From NCBI GenBank assembly GCA_963715985.1, contig CAVQSP010000008.1, positions 32,001 through 96,000 of the forward strand: a stretch of 64,000 bases of DNA, in the 5' to 3' direction. This document shows, one piece after another, positions 38,317 to 51,978 of this stretch (position 1 is its first letter; the number at the start of each line of letters is the position of its first letter). Position numbers and translations under genes: made by a program. The notes below the pieces were generated by a model. That model ran no database searches. It saw nothing but the letters and a program-made list of their open reading frames with translations, and was not told where the DNA came from. Source of the stretch: an uncultured Thermoleophilia bacterium. GTDB taxonomy: Bacteria; Actinomycetota; Thermoleophilia; UBA2241.

Positions 38317-39312
38317 TCAGCGCCGCCGCTGTTTGGGGTCGAAGGCGTCGCGCAGCCCGTCACCGACGAGGTTGAACGCGAGCACCGTGATCATGATGGC
38401 GAGGCCGGGATAGATGACGAGGTGGGGAGCCGAGAGGTAGTAGGCCTGCCCCTCGCTGATCATCTGGCCCCAGGACGGCGTGGGCGGCTGCACGCCGAGG
38501 CCGATGTAGCTGAGCGTCGCCTCGAACAGGATGGTGGTGGCGATGCCGAGGCTCGTGTACACGATGATCGGCGCCACCAGGTGGGGCAGGATGTGGCGGA
38601 ACAGGATGCGGCGGTTGGTGCAGCCCGTGAGCCGCGCGGCGTCCACGAACTCCTTCTCGCGGATGCTCAGCACCTCCCCGTGGATCACACGCGTCATCGG
38701 CGTCCAGTACACGATGCCGATCACCAGGATGAGGATCCAGACGCTCGGTTTGAGCACGCTCACCAGCGCCACCGCAAGCAGGTAGATGGGGAACGCCATC
38801 ATCACGTCGGTCATGCGCATCAGCAGCGTCTCCACCCCGCCGCGGAAGTAGCCGGCCGTGAGCCCGAAGACGACACCCAGGATGAGGGCGAAGCCGTTGG
38901 CGAGCACGCCCACGGTGAGCGACACGCGGGCGCCGTAGATGAGACGGCTGAGCAGGTCGCGGCCGAGGGTGTCGGTGCCGAGGGGGAACTCGGCCGACGG
39001 GCCTACCGGCATGCCCTGCATGGTCAGGCCCTCGTCGAACTGCTCCGTGGGATCGTGCGGGGCGACCCACGGCGCGAAGACGGCGACCAGCACGAGGATG
39101 ATGATCACGACGATGCCGATCATCGCGAACTTGTCGCGGCGGAAGCGGCGGAAGATCTCGCCCCACAGCGAGCGATGCTCGATGAGCAGCGCGTCCGGGT
39201 TCCACATGCCGACGGTGCCCATGCCCGTCGCGACCTCCGAGCCGGGCGCCGGCGTGGCGAGGCCCAGGTCGATCTCGGTCTCGGGCTCCAGGCCTTTGAA
39301 GTCGTCGTTCAC
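38317..39312 (-). CDS. peptide ABC permease (OppC/DppC)
   Basis: [61 protein letters not shown]. Confidence 0.92.
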   Translation of the reverse strand: MNDDFKGLEPETEIDLGLATPAPGSEVATGMGTVGMWNPDALLIEHRSLWGEIFRRFRRDKFAMIGIVVIIILVLVAVFAPWVAPHDPTEQFDEGLTMQGMPVGPSAEFPLGTDTLGRDLLSRLIYGARVSLTVGVLANGFALILGVVFGLTAGYFRGGVETLLMRMTDVMMAFPIYLLAVALVSVLKPSVWILILVIGIVYWTPMTRVIHGEVLSIREKEFVDAARLTGCTNRRILFRHILPHLVAPIIVYTSLGIATTILFEATLSYIGLGVQPPTPSWGQMISEGQAYYLSAPHLVIYPGLAIMITVLAFNLVGDGLRDAFDPKQRRR

Positions 39313-40399
39313 GCCGTGGCACCACCTTCGCGCGGGCCGACCACGTCCTGCGGCAGCTCCGCCACCGCGAGGTCGTCCTCGCCGGCCCGGATGTGCGGGT
39401 AGTCGGCGGCGGTGATGAGGTGGCAGGCGGCCCAGTGCCCGGGGCGCACCTCCACAAGCCGCGGGTCCTCCGTGTCGCAGAGTCCTTCGCGCGCCGCCGG
39501 ACAGCGCGTGTGGAAGTGGCAGCCGCTGGGCGGCTCGACCGGCGACGGCACGTCGCCGGTGAGCACCACGGGCCGCCGCATCTCCTCGGCCTCCGGGTCG
39601 GGGATGGGCACGGCGCTCAGCAGCGCCTGCGTGTACGGGTGCATGGGCTCGGTGTACAGCACCGCGTTCTCGGCGAGCTCGACGATGCGCCCCAGGTACA
39701 TGACCGCGACGCGGTCACAGATGTGGCGCACAACGCTGAGGTCGTGGGCGATGAACAGGTAGGTGAGTCCGAACTCGCGCTGCAGCTGCTGCAGCAGGTT
39801 GATGATCTGCGCGCGGATGGAGACGTCCAGGGCGCTGATCGGCTCGTCGCAGACGATGAAGTTCGGCTCCACGGCCAGCGCCCGCGCGATGCCGATGCGC
39901 TGGCGCTGCCCGCCGCTGAACTCGTGCGGGTAGCGGTTCAGGGTGTTGGGGTTGATGCCCACCGTCTGCAACAGCTCCCGTACTCTTGACTTGCGCTGCC
40001 GGCGGTCGCCCATCCCGTGTACGAGGAGCGGCTCGCCGACGATGTCGGCCACCGTCATGCGCCCGTTCAGCGAGGCGTACGGGTCCTGGAAGATCATCTG
40101 CATGCGCTTGCGCTGGCGCCGCAGGGCGCCGCCCTTGAGGTGCGCGAGGTCGCCGCCCTCGTACAGCACGCGCCCCGTGGTAGGCCGGATGAGCTGCAGG
40201 ATGGCGCGCCCGGTGGTGCTCTTGCCGCAGCCGCTCTCGCCGACCAGGCCCAGGGTCTCGCCCCGCCGGATCTCGAGGTCGACGCCGTCCACCGCGTACA
40301 CGGCTCCGACCTTGCGCCTGAACACGATGCCGCTGGTGATGGGGAAGTGGACGCGGAGGTCCTCCACCGTGACCAACGTGTCGCCGGGCGCTGCCGCGC

Positions 40400-40403
<4 letters not shown>
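39309..40403 (-). CDS. peptide ABC ATPase (OppF/DppF)
   Basis: [47 protein letters not shown]. Confidence 0.92.
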
Positions 40404-41410
<1,007 letters not shown>

Positions 41411-41566
41411 AGCCGGAGTCTATCGTCACCTCTGGGCACATGCGACAGTGCAGGAGCGTGGTGGCCGCGCCGCGCACGCGGCGCGGCCACCGTCTTTGAC
41501 CGGCCCCGGCGGGGCTGGTACACATGGGCGTGTCACCCCAGCGGACGGCCCGGAAGGGAGAGCGCC

Positions 41567-42598
41567 GTGGCGCACGCCTCCTGCATGCATCTCGATCTCA
41601 CGACGGCTTCGCCCTTCGGCATCTCCCGCTGGACGCGAGACCGGTTCGCCAATTACGTCGTCGAGCTGCGCGAGGGTGGTCTCGTCGGGCGCGGCGAAGC
41701 CGCTCCGAACCCTCGCTACGGCGAGTCGCGCGACGAGGGCGCCGCACTGCTCGCCGACCTCGCCCCCGAGATCGCGGACGCGCAGGGGCCGGCCGGCGTG
41801 GAGGCGCTGTGCGACCGGCTGGCCGGACCGGGCGGCGCAGACCTGCCGGCCCTGCGGGCCGGCCTCAGCGCCGCCGCCTGGGACCTGGCCGGCAAACAGG
41901 CAGGCGAGCCCGTCTGGCGCATGCTCGGCCTCGAACGGCCCGACGTGCGCACCTCGTACACCGTGGCCATAGACGCGCCTGACCAGATGCTGGCGCAGGC
42001 GCGCGCCGCCTCCGCCTTCGGCACGCTCAAGGTCAAGCTGGGCTTCGACGGCGACGTGGAGCTCGCGGTGGCGCTCGCCCGAGAACTGCCGCAGACCACG
42101 TTCCGCTACGACGCCAACGAGGGCTGGGACCGCGAGCGCGCCGCCTCGGCGCTCGAGGTGCTCGCCGGGCTCGGCGCCGAGCTCGTGGAGCAGCCGCTGC
42201 CCGCAGACGATCCCGAGGGCATCGCCTGGCTGCGCGAGCGCTCGCCCGTGCCGCTCTACGCCGACGAGGCGCTGCTTGCGCTCGCCGGCCTGGACGCCGT
42301 GGCCGAGGTCTACGACGGCGTGGTCGTCAAGCTCGCGAAGGCGGGGGGCATCGCGTCCGCCTTCGCGCTGCTGTCGGCCTGCGCCGGCCGCGGTCTGGGC
42401 GTGCTCCTGGGGTGCATGGTGGAGTCCAGCCTCGGCATCGCCGCGGGGCTGCAGCTGGCCGGCCTTGCAGACCACGTGGACCTCGACGGGGCGCTGCTGC
42501 TGGCGGACGATCCGTTCGCCGGCGTGACCGCGGACGGTGACCGCCTCACGGCCTCCGAGGATCCCGGGCTGGGGGTCGTGCCCGTCAGCGAGGAGTAG
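41567..42598 (+). CDS. dipeptide (L-Ala-D/L-Glu) epimerase, enolase superfamily
   Basis: PFGISR, GRGEAAP..RYGE, TSYT, LKVKLG, DANEGW, EQP, ADE, VKLAKAGG, GCMVES, DLDG. Confidence 0.85.
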   Translation: MAHASCMHLDLTTASPFGISRWTRDRFANYVVELREGGLVGRGEAAPNPRYGESRDEGAALLADLAPEIADAQGPAGVEALCDRLAGPGGADLPALRAGLSAAAWDLAGKQAGEPVWRMLGLERPDVRTSYTVAIDAPDQMLAQARAASAFGTLKVKLGFDGDVELAVALARELPQTTFRYDANEGWDRERAASALEVLAGLGAELVEQPLPADDPEGIAWLRERSPVPLYADEALLALAGLDAVAEVYDGVVVKLAKAGGIASAFALLSACAGRGLGVLLGCMVESSLGIAAGLQLAGLADHVDLDGALLLADDPFAGVTADGDRLTASEDPGLGVVPVSEE

Positions 42599-43352
42599 CG
42601 CCCGCGGAGGCGGCTTCGCCGTCCGCGGCGTCGCCCAGCGCGCCGAAGAGCGCCGCGCCGGTGCGCGCCACCGCCTCGAAGCCGCCGGCGTCCTCGCTGA
42701 GCACCACGACGGCGGCACGCATCCCCCCGTCGCAGACAAGGCCGAAGTCGTGGGCGTAGTGGCAGACGGGCGAGTCGTCGCCGCATTTGCCGGCGTACTC
42801 GGCGCTCGCGGGCAGGTAGCGGGCGATGCCGTCCAGGTGCTCCTGCAGGCTCAGGGATGCCAGCACGGCCTCTCGTACGGCCGCACTGAGCCGCGGGCCG
42901 CCGGCGAGCTCCTCGACGAGAGTGGCGAGGTCGGCCGCGCAGGTGTAGTTGTCGCGGCCGGCCTCCACCGCCTCAGCGTCGCACATGAGGCGCGCCATCA
43001 CGGTGCTCCCCATCCCGAGCTCCGCGGCTAGCGCGTTCACGCGCGCGAAGCCGACGGCGGAGGCGACGATGTTGCTGGCCTCGTTGTCGCTGACCGCCAG
43101 CATGAGGTGGACGAGGTCGCCGAGGGAGATGGAGGCGGCGTGCCGGAAGCCGCGCAGCACGCCGCTGCCGCCCACGCCGCGACCGGGCTCAACGACGTGC
43201 GGGGCGGCGTCGTCGAGCTCGCCGCGCTCCACCGCGCGCCAGAACGCCGCCGCCAGCAGCACCTTGACAGTGGAGAACGCCGGCAGGCGCACGTCGTCGT
43301 GCGCGCGCAGGCACAGACCCGAGTCCAGGTCCTTGGCCACGTAGGCGATCAT
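42585..43352 (-). CDS. serine hydrolase of the class A beta-lactamase-like fold
   Basis: FSTVK (SxxK), VGGSGVL, SDN, KCG in place of KTG, HDFG. Confidence 0.82.
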   Translation of the reverse strand: MIAYVAKDLDSGLCLRAHDDVRLPAFSTVKVLLAAAFWRAVERGELDDAAPHVVEPGRGVGGSGVLRGFRHAASISLGDLVHLMLAVSDNEASNIVASAVGFARVNALAAELGMGSTVMARLMCDAEAVEAGRDNYTCAADLATLVEELAGGPRLSAAVREAVLASLSLQEHLDGIARYLPASAEYAGKCGDDSPVCHYAHDFGLVCDGGMRAAVVVLSEDAGGFEAVARTGAALFGALGDAADGEAASAGATPR

Positions 43353-43355
43353 GAC

Positions 43356-44123
43356 TCAGATGGTGGCGTGGGCGCCGGCGTCCACGTGCACCACCTCGCC
43401 GGTGATGGCGCGCGAGAGGTCGCTGAGCAGGAAGACGGTGGCGTCCGCGACCTCCTCGCTGGTGACGTTGCGGCGCAGCGGCGTGTGGCTCTCGAGGAGC
43501 TCCAGCATGCCGCTGAAGTCCTTGATCGTGCGCGCCGCCACGGTGGCGATGGGGCCTGCGGACACCGCGTTCACGCGGATGCCCTGCGGCCCCAGGTCCG
43601 CCGCCAGGTAGCGGACGGCGCTCTCCAGCGAGGCCTTGGCCGGCCCCATGACGTTGTAGTTGGGCACCACGCGCCAGGACCCGGCGTACGTCATCGTGAC
43701 GATGGCGCCGCCCCTCGTCATGAGGCGGCGGGCTTCGCGCGCCAAGGCGATGAGCGAGTACGAGCTGATGTCGTTGGCCTGGGCGAAGCCGTCGCGCGTG
43801 GTCTCCACAAAGCTCCCCTGCAGGTCGTGGGCAGGTGCCCACGCGATGCTGTGCACGAAGCCGTCGATGACGGGCATGTGCGCGGCCAGCTCGTCGACGG
43901 CGGCGCGCACGGCGTCGTCGCCGCCCACGTCCAGCTGGATCATCGGAGCCCCGCCGAGCTCGGTGGCCAGCGTCTCGACGCGGTGCCGCAGCCGCTCGGC
44001 CTGGTACGACAAGGCGACGGCGCCGCCGTGTCGCTGGATCGCCAGGGCCACGGCCCAGGCGATCGAGCGCGGGTTGGCGGCGCCCGTCACGAGGAAGCTC
44101 TTGCCTTCGAGCAGGTCGGTCAT
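43356..44123 (-). CDS. fabI: enoyl-ACP reductase
   Basis: GAANPRSIAWA, VHSIAWA, ISSYSL, PNYNVMGPAKASLE, NAVSAGPI. Confidence 0.93.
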   Translation of the reverse strand: MTDLLEGKSFLVTGAANPRSIAWAVALAIQRHGGAVALSYQAERLRHRVETLATELGGAPMIQLDVGGDDAVRAAVDELAAHMPVIDGFVHSIAWAPAHDLQGSFVETTRDGFAQANDISSYSLIALAREARRLMTRGGAIVTMTYAGSWRVVPNYNVMGPAKASLESAVRYLAADLGPQGIRVNAVSAGPIATVAARTIKDFSGMLELLESHTPLRRNVTSEEVADATVFLLSDLSRAITGEVVHVDAGAHATI

Positions 44124-44181
44124 GTGACTTCACCCCCGGCCAGTCTAACCCCGCCGCGTGCGGTGCGCAGCGCGGGATGCG

Positions 44182-44835
44182 TCAGCGCGGCTTCTCGGCC
44201 AGGAGCAGGAACTGCCGCGCCCAGTAGTCACGGAAGACGTACAGCGAGAGCACCAGACAGGCCAGGCGGATGACGGTGAAGCGCGTGAAGTACGGCTCCA
44301 CGCGCAGCACGCGCAGACCGGCTCCCTCGAGCAGTCGCACCATGTCGTGCTTGCCGAAGAAGCGCAGGTGCGTGCGGTCGAAGATGCCCGAGTCCTTGCG
44401 CGGCCAGCGCTTCATGAGGAGGTTGGCGATCACCCAGACGTGGGCCACGTTGGGCAGCGATACCACGACGGCTCCGCCCGGACGCAGCCGGGTGAGGACG
44501 CGGGCGAGGACGAGCTCCGGGTCCGTGAGGTGCTCCAGGACGTCGCTGGCGAGGATGGCGTCGAAGGGCACGTCGCCGAGGCGCGCGGGGTCCAGCGTGG
44601 AGAGGTCGCTCTCGATGACCTCGTCGAGTTGCCGCCGTGCCTGTGCCGCCGCCGTGGCGTCGAGCTCGACGCCCACCACCTCGCGGGCGCCGGCGCGCTT
44701 GAGCAAGGCGCCGTTGTGGCCGCCTGCACAGCCCAGATCCAGCACGCGCAGTCCGCGCGGATCGATGAGCGTCAGAAACGCGGGCTTGGCGTCGCCGAAG
44801 TAGCGCGAAGCGCCGGGCGCGCGCCAGCACGCCAC
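44182..44835 (-). CDS. class I SAM-dependent methyltransferase
   Basis: VLDLGCAGG, FDAILASDVLEHL.DP, SLPNVAH, GIFDRTHLRFF. Confidence 0.85.
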   Translation of the reverse strand: MACWRAPGASRYFGDAKPAFLTLIDPRGLRVLDLGCAGGHNGALLKRAGAREVVGVELDATAAAQARRQLDEVIESDLSTLDPARLGDVPFDAILASDVLEHLTDPELVLARVLTRLRPGGAVVVSLPNVAHVWVIANLLMKRWPRKDSGIFDRTHLRFFGKHDMVRLLEGAGLRVLRVEPYFTRFTVIRLACLVLSLYVFRDYWARQFLLLAEKPR

Positions 44836-44838
44836 CGG

Positions 44839-45795
44839 TCACGGCAGCACGACCGCTGCCGGGTCCATGCCGGCCGGGAGCTCGCGGGCGACCGCCAGCT
44901 CGCCCTCGTAGGTGTAGATCAGCGGGATGGTGCCGCCCAGCGCCGCCATGGCCGCCGTGGTGGCGATGACGCCGGGGATGGGCGAGGCGCCGGCGAGGCC
45001 GGTCTCGGCCCCCGGCACGGCGGAGGGGCCGACGGTGGCCGTCGTGGCGACGGACGGCTCCTCGCCGGCGTTGGGTGAGGCTCCCAGCGCCGCCGGCGTG
45101 GGCTCCACCATGAGCAGATGAAGTCGTCCCGTATCGGTCGGGTGGTCGACGACACGCAGGTTCATCACGTCGGGGCTGTCGCCCTTGAAGATCCTGACGA
45201 CGACGAACTGCTGGAAGGCGCCGCGAGCCTGGCGGGCCGTGGCCAGCACGACCGTGGCGAACTCGTCGAGCTGGTCGTGGATGGTGGCCAGGGTGGCCTG
45301 CGCCGGCGTCGCCATCGGGGCGCTCTCGGCGCCGCCGGCGGTACTGCCGGCCGAGGTCAGCGTGTCCGCAGCCTTGGCGGTACGTTCCGCGTCACCGGCG
45401 CTCTGTTGGTTCTGGCGCTGGATGACGGTGACGCCCACCGCCAGCGCCAGCACGACCACCGCGGCCGGGGCCAGCACGCGCAGCCAGCGCCGCGAGCCGC
45501 GGCGCGCCTTGACCGGCTGCTCCGCGCCCGGTGCGAAGAACTCCTGGAGCTGTGCCCAGCGCGGGTCGCTGAGATCCGTGTAGTCCTCATCGGGCGCGGG
45601 CACGGCGGCGAGGACGCCGGATGCCACGGCATCCACGTCGGCGCGCACAGCCTCGAACCGGCGCCGGAGGACGTCGTCCGCGTCCATCGCCTCGACGAGC
45701 CCGGGGTCGTCGTCGAGTCCGAGCGCAAGCGAGAGCAGGCGGTCGTCGTCGTACACGCCGCCGGAGGCTCCGTTCATCGTCAGGTCATCAGCCAT
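44839..45795 (-). CDS. single-pass membrane protein, putative anti-sigma factor
   Basis: overlaps the ECF sigma stop; N-terminal cytoplasmic part, RRWLRVLAPAAVVVLALAVGV transmembrane segment, extracellular tail. Confidence 0.6.
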   Translation of the reverse strand: MADDLTMNGASGGVYDDDRLLSLALGLDDDPGLVEAMDADDVLRRRFEAVRADVDAVASGVLAAVPAPDEDYTDLSDPRWAQLQEFFAPGAEQPVKARRGSRRWLRVLAPAAVVVLALAVGVTVIQRQNQQSAGDAERTAKAADTLTSAGSTAGGAESAPMATPAQATLATIHDQLDEFATVVLATARQARGAFQQFVVVRIFKGDSPDVMNLRVVDHPTDTGRLHLLMVEPTPAALGASPNAGEEPSVATTATVGPSAVPGAETGLAGASPIPGVIATTAAMAALGGTIPLIYTYEGELAVARELPAGMDPAAVVLP

Positions 45796-46324
45796 CGACC
45801 CATGCCTCGTTCTCGTCAAGCGCTCTGCGCAGCTGCTTCATGGCGCCGTGCAGGCGCGACTTCACGGTGCCCACGGGGATGTCCTGGGCGGCGGCGATCT
45901 CATCCAGCGGGAGGTCGGCGAAGAAGCGCAACGCCACGCACTCCCGCAGCTCAGGCGAGAGCGTGGCGAGGGCGTCACGCAGTGCGGGGTCGGCCGGCTC
46001 CGACGGCGGGTCCATGGAGACGTCCGGCGAGATCTGCTGCAGCTTGTCCATCAAGCCGAGGCGCGTCTTGCGCCGGCGCCCGTGGTCGCGCCCGGTATTC
46101 AGGATCACGCGGTAGAACCAGGCGAGGAACTTCTCCTCCGCCGGGATCTGGGCGCGATACACCTTGATGAACACTTCTTGCACGGCGTCGTCTACCTCCT
46201 CACAGAACCCCTGGAGGAAGAGGATGCGGCGCGCCTGGGGTGCGTACCGGCGGAAGAACTCCGCGCGCGCCTCCGGCTGTTGTCTGCGCAGCCGGTCGAC
46301 CAGGCCCTGCGGCAGTTCCTCGAT
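45788..46324 (-). CDS. ECF RNA polymerase sigma factor; apparent ATC start
   Basis: frame open from ATC 46324: IEELPQGLVDRLR...AEFFRRY...DDAVQEVFIKVY...FLAWFYRVILN..RD..RR...LS...RE.VALRF...EIA...IPVGTVKSRL; GGAGGA 5 nt upstream. Confidence 0.85.
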   Translation of the reverse strand: MEELPQGLVDRLRRQQPEARAEFFRRYAPQARRILFLQGFCEEVDDAVQEVFIKVYRAQIPAEEKFLAWFYRVILNTGRDHGRRRKTRLGLMDKLQQISPDVSMDPPSEPADPALRDALATLSPELRECVALRFFADLPLDEIAAAQDIPVGTVKSRLHGAMKQLRRALDENEAWVDG

Positions 46325-46466
46325 GGTCTTCCTCCGCTGTGAGTGACGCCGGTGCGGCCGGGGGCGTTCGCCGCGACGGCCGCGGCAAGTATAGCGCGGC
46401 GGCCGCGCGGGGTGGGACGGGCGCCGCGCGCGAGGGCGCAGCGGGCGAGGGCGTGATGGCGCCGGC

Positions 46467-47367
46467 TCACGCGAAGCCCAGCCGGCGCACCTCCTCGATG
46501 AGCTCGTGGCCGCTGTGCTCGCGCACGCGGCGCTTGACCTCGTCCGCCAGGGCCACGATGTCGGCGGCCGTGGCGCCGGGGAGCGCGACGAGGAAGTTGG
46601 CGTGCTTCTCGCTCACGCGAGCGCCGCCGTACGTGAAGCCCTTGAGGCCGGCGTCTTCGATGAGGCGGGCCGCCGGCAGCTCGCGAGAGGGGTTCTTGAA
46701 GTAGCTGCCGCAGGAGGCGTATTCGAGCGGGTGCTTGCTGCGGCGCAGCGCGGCGTCGCGGGCGATCTCGGCCAGCAGCTCGTCGCTGCCGGCGCGTCGC
46801 AAGCGGAACGTGGCCGAGAGCACCGTGAGCTCCGGCAGCTGCTTGAAGAGGCTCGTGCGGTAGCCGAACTCGAGCTCCTCCGGCGGCTTGACGTGCTCGG
46901 TGACGCCGTCGAGCAGGTGGACGGTGACGAGCACGTCGCTCACGGCGCGCCCGTAGGCGCCGGCGTTGCCCACCACCGCGCCACCCACGGAGCCGGGGAT
47001 GTTGCCGGCGAACTCGAGGCCGCCCAGCCCCTGCGGCGGCCAGCTCCGCGACCAGCGCCGGCAGCTCCGCGCCGGCCTCCGCCATCAGCAGCTCGCCGTC
47101 CAGCACGTGCGCCTCGTTGCGCGCCAGCACGGTGAGCCCGCACAGCCCGGAGTCGCCGACGAGCACGTTGGTCGCGCGGCCGAGCACCGTGACGGGCACG
47201 GCGAACCGGCGCGCCGTCTTGACGGCATGCGCGAGGGCGCTGGTCGTGGTGGCCCGGTACAGATACTCCGCCGGGCCACCCACGCCGTACGCGCAGAGGG
47301 GCGCGAGGGGGACGGCCTCCTCGAGGCCGGGCAGCTCGCGCCTCAGCATGGTGGCGACGTCGTTCAC
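46467..47367 (-). CDS. murB: UDP-N-acetylmuramate dehydrogenase; frameshift near 47030
   Basis: YGVGGPAE, LGRATNVLVGD.G | GLEFAGNIPGSVGGAVVGNAGAYG, FGYRTS, SCGSYFKNP, VSEKHANF, EEV. Confidence 0.9.
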
Positions 47368-47392
47368 GCTGCCATCGTAGCAGCTGGGACGG

Positions 47393-47444
47393 TTGACTTC
47401 GGCCGGCGCGGGCGATAAAGTCCCATTCCCTAGTGAGAACTAGG
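47393..47444 (+). promoter_or_regulatory. promoter and palindromic operator upstream of the Rrf2 gene
   Basis: TTGACT(47393)-N17-TAAAGT(47416); CCTAGT-GAGA-ACTAGG 47429-47444. Confidence 0.7.
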
Positions 47445-47473
47445 ATTTAGCGACGACGCCGTCCGGAGACCTC

Positions 47474-49211
<1,738 letters not shown>

Positions 49212-49366
49212 CGGCCGGGGTCCCGGCGGCGGGCGGCGACTCCCGCCTCCCGCCGCCGGGACCGGCGGGCCGGACCGTGTGCGCCGCCCGCCCGGCAGTG
49301 CGGCGACGACGGCGCAGTGCCCGCCCGGCCCATCGCGCTCTCGCCTCCGCTAGAATCAGCGCCACG

Positions 49367-50576
49367 ATGACTGACGCCAAGCGCACCCCGAGCAAAGAGA
49401 TCGGCGACGTGGCCATGGGCCTCGACAGCGATGCCGGTTCGGCCGGCATCGTGCGCACGAAGTCCGTGACCTTCGACCGGCCCGGCCAGGAGCTCGCCCT
49501 GGAAGGCGGCGGCACGCTCGCCCCGTTCACGCTCGCCTACGAGACGTACGGCACGCTCAGCGAGGCCAAGGACAACGCCATCCTCGTCACGCACGCCCTG
49601 TCCGGCGACGCGCACGTGGCCGGCCGCCACAGCGCCAACGACAAACGCCCGGGCTGGTGGGACATGCTCATCGGTCCCGGCAAGGGCCTGGACACCGACA
49701 AGTACTTCGTGATCTGCAGCAACGTCATCGGCGGCTGCAGCGGTTCGACGGGGCCGGCCAGCGAGGACCCCGCGACGGGCCGGCCTTACGGCACCGACTT
49801 CCCCATCATCACCATCGCGGACATGGTGAACGCGCAGGCGATGCTTCTGGACCACCTCGGCATCGAGAAGCTGCTCGCCGCGGTGGGCGGCTCCATGGGC
49901 GGCATGCAGGTGCTGGAGTGGGCCATCGCGCACCCGGAACGCGTGCACCTGTGCGTGCCGCTGGCCACGGCGGCGCGGCAGCCCACGCAGGCCATCGCCT
50001 TCAACGAGGTCGGCCGCCAGGCCATCATGGCCGACCCCAACTGGAGGGGCGGCCACTACTACGGTGGCACGTCGCCCGCCAAGGGCCTGAGCGTGGCCCG
50101 CATGGTCGGGCCACATCACCTACCTCAGCGACGAGGCGATGCAGGAGAAGTTCGGACGGCGGCTGCGCGACATCGGCGACTATTCGTTCACCTTCTCGGC
50201 CGACTTCGAGGTGGAGAGCTACCTGCGCCACCAGGGCCTCAGCTTCACCAATCGCTTCGACGCCAACACGTACCTGTACATCACGCGGGCGATCGACTAC
50301 TTCGACCTCACGCGCCAGCACGGCACGCTCGTGCAGGCGTTCCGCGACGTGAAGTCGCGGTTCCTGGTCATGGGGTTCACCAGCGACTGGCTGCACCCCC
50401 CGTACCAGCTCAAGGAGATCGTCAGCGCTCTGCGGGCCACACACAAGCACGTCAGCTACTACGAGGTGGAGAGCCACTACGGGCACGACGCCTTCCTGCT
50501 GGAGCGCGAGAAGATGGAGGGCATCATCGGCGCCTTCCTCTCGAGTGGCGCGCACACCTTCTCGCTGCGGCGCTGA
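49367..50576 (+). CDS. metX: homoserine O-acetyltransferase; frameshift near 50110
   Basis: [36 protein letters not shown] | [36 protein letters not shown]. Confidence 0.92.
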
Positions 50577-50605
50577 CCGCAGGGCAGAGGACGGGGGGAG
50601 CCGAC

Positions 50606-51202
50606 GTGCGGCGCATCGACTACAAGCTCATCCAGGACATGGTGCCCGAGGGCGCCACGGTGCTGGACCTCGCCTGCGGCGACGGCGAACTGCTGGCCGA
50701 CCTGATCGCCGCCAAGCACGTGCGCGGCAGCGGCGTGGAGATCGACCAGGCCGCGGTGGAGAAGTGCATCGGCCGCGGCCTCTCCGTGTTCCACGGCGAC
50801 CTGGACGCCGGGCTCGCCGACTACTCGGACCAGTCGCACGACGTCGTGATCCTCAGCCTGAGTCTGCAGCAGCTGCGCCGGCCGCGCATGATCGTCCGCG
50901 AGATGGTGCGCGTGGGGCGGCTCGCCATCGTGAGCTTCCCCAATTTCGCGCACTGGAGCATGCGCCGGCAGCTGCTGATGGACGGGCGCATGCCGGTCAC
51001 CAAGGACCTGCCGTACCAGTGGTGGGACACGCCGAACATCCACCTGTGCACGATCCAGGACTTCCGCGCCCTGTGCCGCGAAGAGGGCCTGTGCATCGAG
51101 CGCGAGCTGTACCTGCGTTCCATGGACCGCCCGGCGCCGGAGCGCGCGGTGCTGCCGAACCTGCTGGCGCGTATCGCCATCTTCGCGGTCACGCGCTGCT
51201 GA
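50606..51202 (+). CDS. metW: methionine biosynthesis protein MetW
   Basis: [43 protein letters not shown]...[15 protein letters not shown]. Confidence 0.93.
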   Translation: MRRIDYKLIQDMVPEGATVLDLACGDGELLADLIAAKHVRGSGVEIDQAAVEKCIGRGLSVFHGDLDAGLADYSDQSHDVVILSLSLQQLRRPRMIVREMVRVGRLAIVSFPNFAHWSMRRQLLMDGRMPVTKDLPYQWWDTPNIHLCTIQDFRALCREEGLCIERELYLRSMDRPAPERAVLPNLLARIAIFAVTRC

Positions 51203-51387
51203 CGCCGGCAGGCCCGCCGCGCGGCCGCCTCCGCTCTCCGGACCTCCGGTTTTCGCCTGCCGTTGCGAGCGGGTACACTACCGGTACGTTCTGCGCCACG
51301 GAGACCGGCGCGAGCGGCACAAGGAGTGCCTCCCGTCCTCACCGAGCATCGACGGCCAGGCCCTTCAAGATCAAAGGAGAAACGAAA

Positions 51388-51829
51388 GTGCCTCAGGGAA
51401 AAGTCAAGTGGTTCTCGACAGAGAAGGCGTACGGCTTCATCGAGCAGGACAACGACAATGACATCTTCGTGCACGTCACCGGCTTGGCCGAGGGCGTGAC
51501 CGCGATCGACAAGGACATGGTCGTCGAGTACGAGGTCGAGCAGGGCCGCAAGGGCCCGCAGGCCACCAAGGTGCGTCCCGTCACCGCTGCGGCCGCCCCG
51601 GCCGCCGAGGCCGAGGTCGAGGCCGAAGCCGCTGAGGTCGAGGCCGACGAGGTCGAGGTCGAAGCCGCCGAGGTCGAGGTCGAAGGCCGAGGTCGCCGAG
51701 GTCGAGGTCGAGGTCGCCGAGGTCGAGGTCGCCGAGGTCGAGGTCGAGGTCGAAGCCGCCGAGGTCGAAGTCGAAGAGGTCGAGGTCGCCGAGGTCGAGG
51801 TCGAAGAGGTAGACGTCGAGGACGAATAA
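51388..51829 (+). CDS. csp: cold-shock domain protein with a long Glu/Val/Ala tail; one-base indel near 51686
   Basis: GKVKWF..EKAYGFI, DIFVH, GRKGPQA..V; AAAGGAG RBS; GAGGTC-type repeats to TAA 51827-51829. Confidence 0.85.
51605..51825 (+). repeat. low-complexity GAGGTC/GCCGAG repeat array (coding)
   Basis: many tandem GAGGTC and GCCGAG units. Confidence 0.9.
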
Positions 51830-51843
51830 GCTCTCGGGTCCCT

Positions 51844-51900
51844 GAGGGGGCCGGCCGCCGGGGCAGTGCTCGGAGCCCGGCGGCCGGCCCCTCTTCTTGT
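51844..51900 (+). terminator. intrinsic terminator after csp
   Basis: GGGGCCGGCCGCCGGG...CCCGGCGGCCGGCCCC stem followed by TCTTCTTGT. Confidence 0.75.
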
Positions 51901-51978
51901 GTCCGTGTGGCCGGCGGGCAGGGTTTGCCGGTGAACGGGTACGATGCTGGGACAGGTGTCGGGAGGACGGAGGCGGCG

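Noticed and set aside
42585-43352. Antibiotic-resistance beta-lactamase
   Set aside because: There is no signal peptide, KTG is changed to KCG, and the peptide-catabolism context favours a cytoplasmic peptidase or esterase.
46467-47367. murB, metX, mmsA and oppB as true pseudogenes
   Set aside because: Each has one indel with all motifs intact on both sides, and the pattern points to sequencing error.
49277-51202. 641-aa MetX-MetW fusion in the ORF track
   Set aside because: It results from the indel near 50110. The MetX C-terminus is in another frame and stops at 50576, and metW has its own RBS and GTG at 50606.
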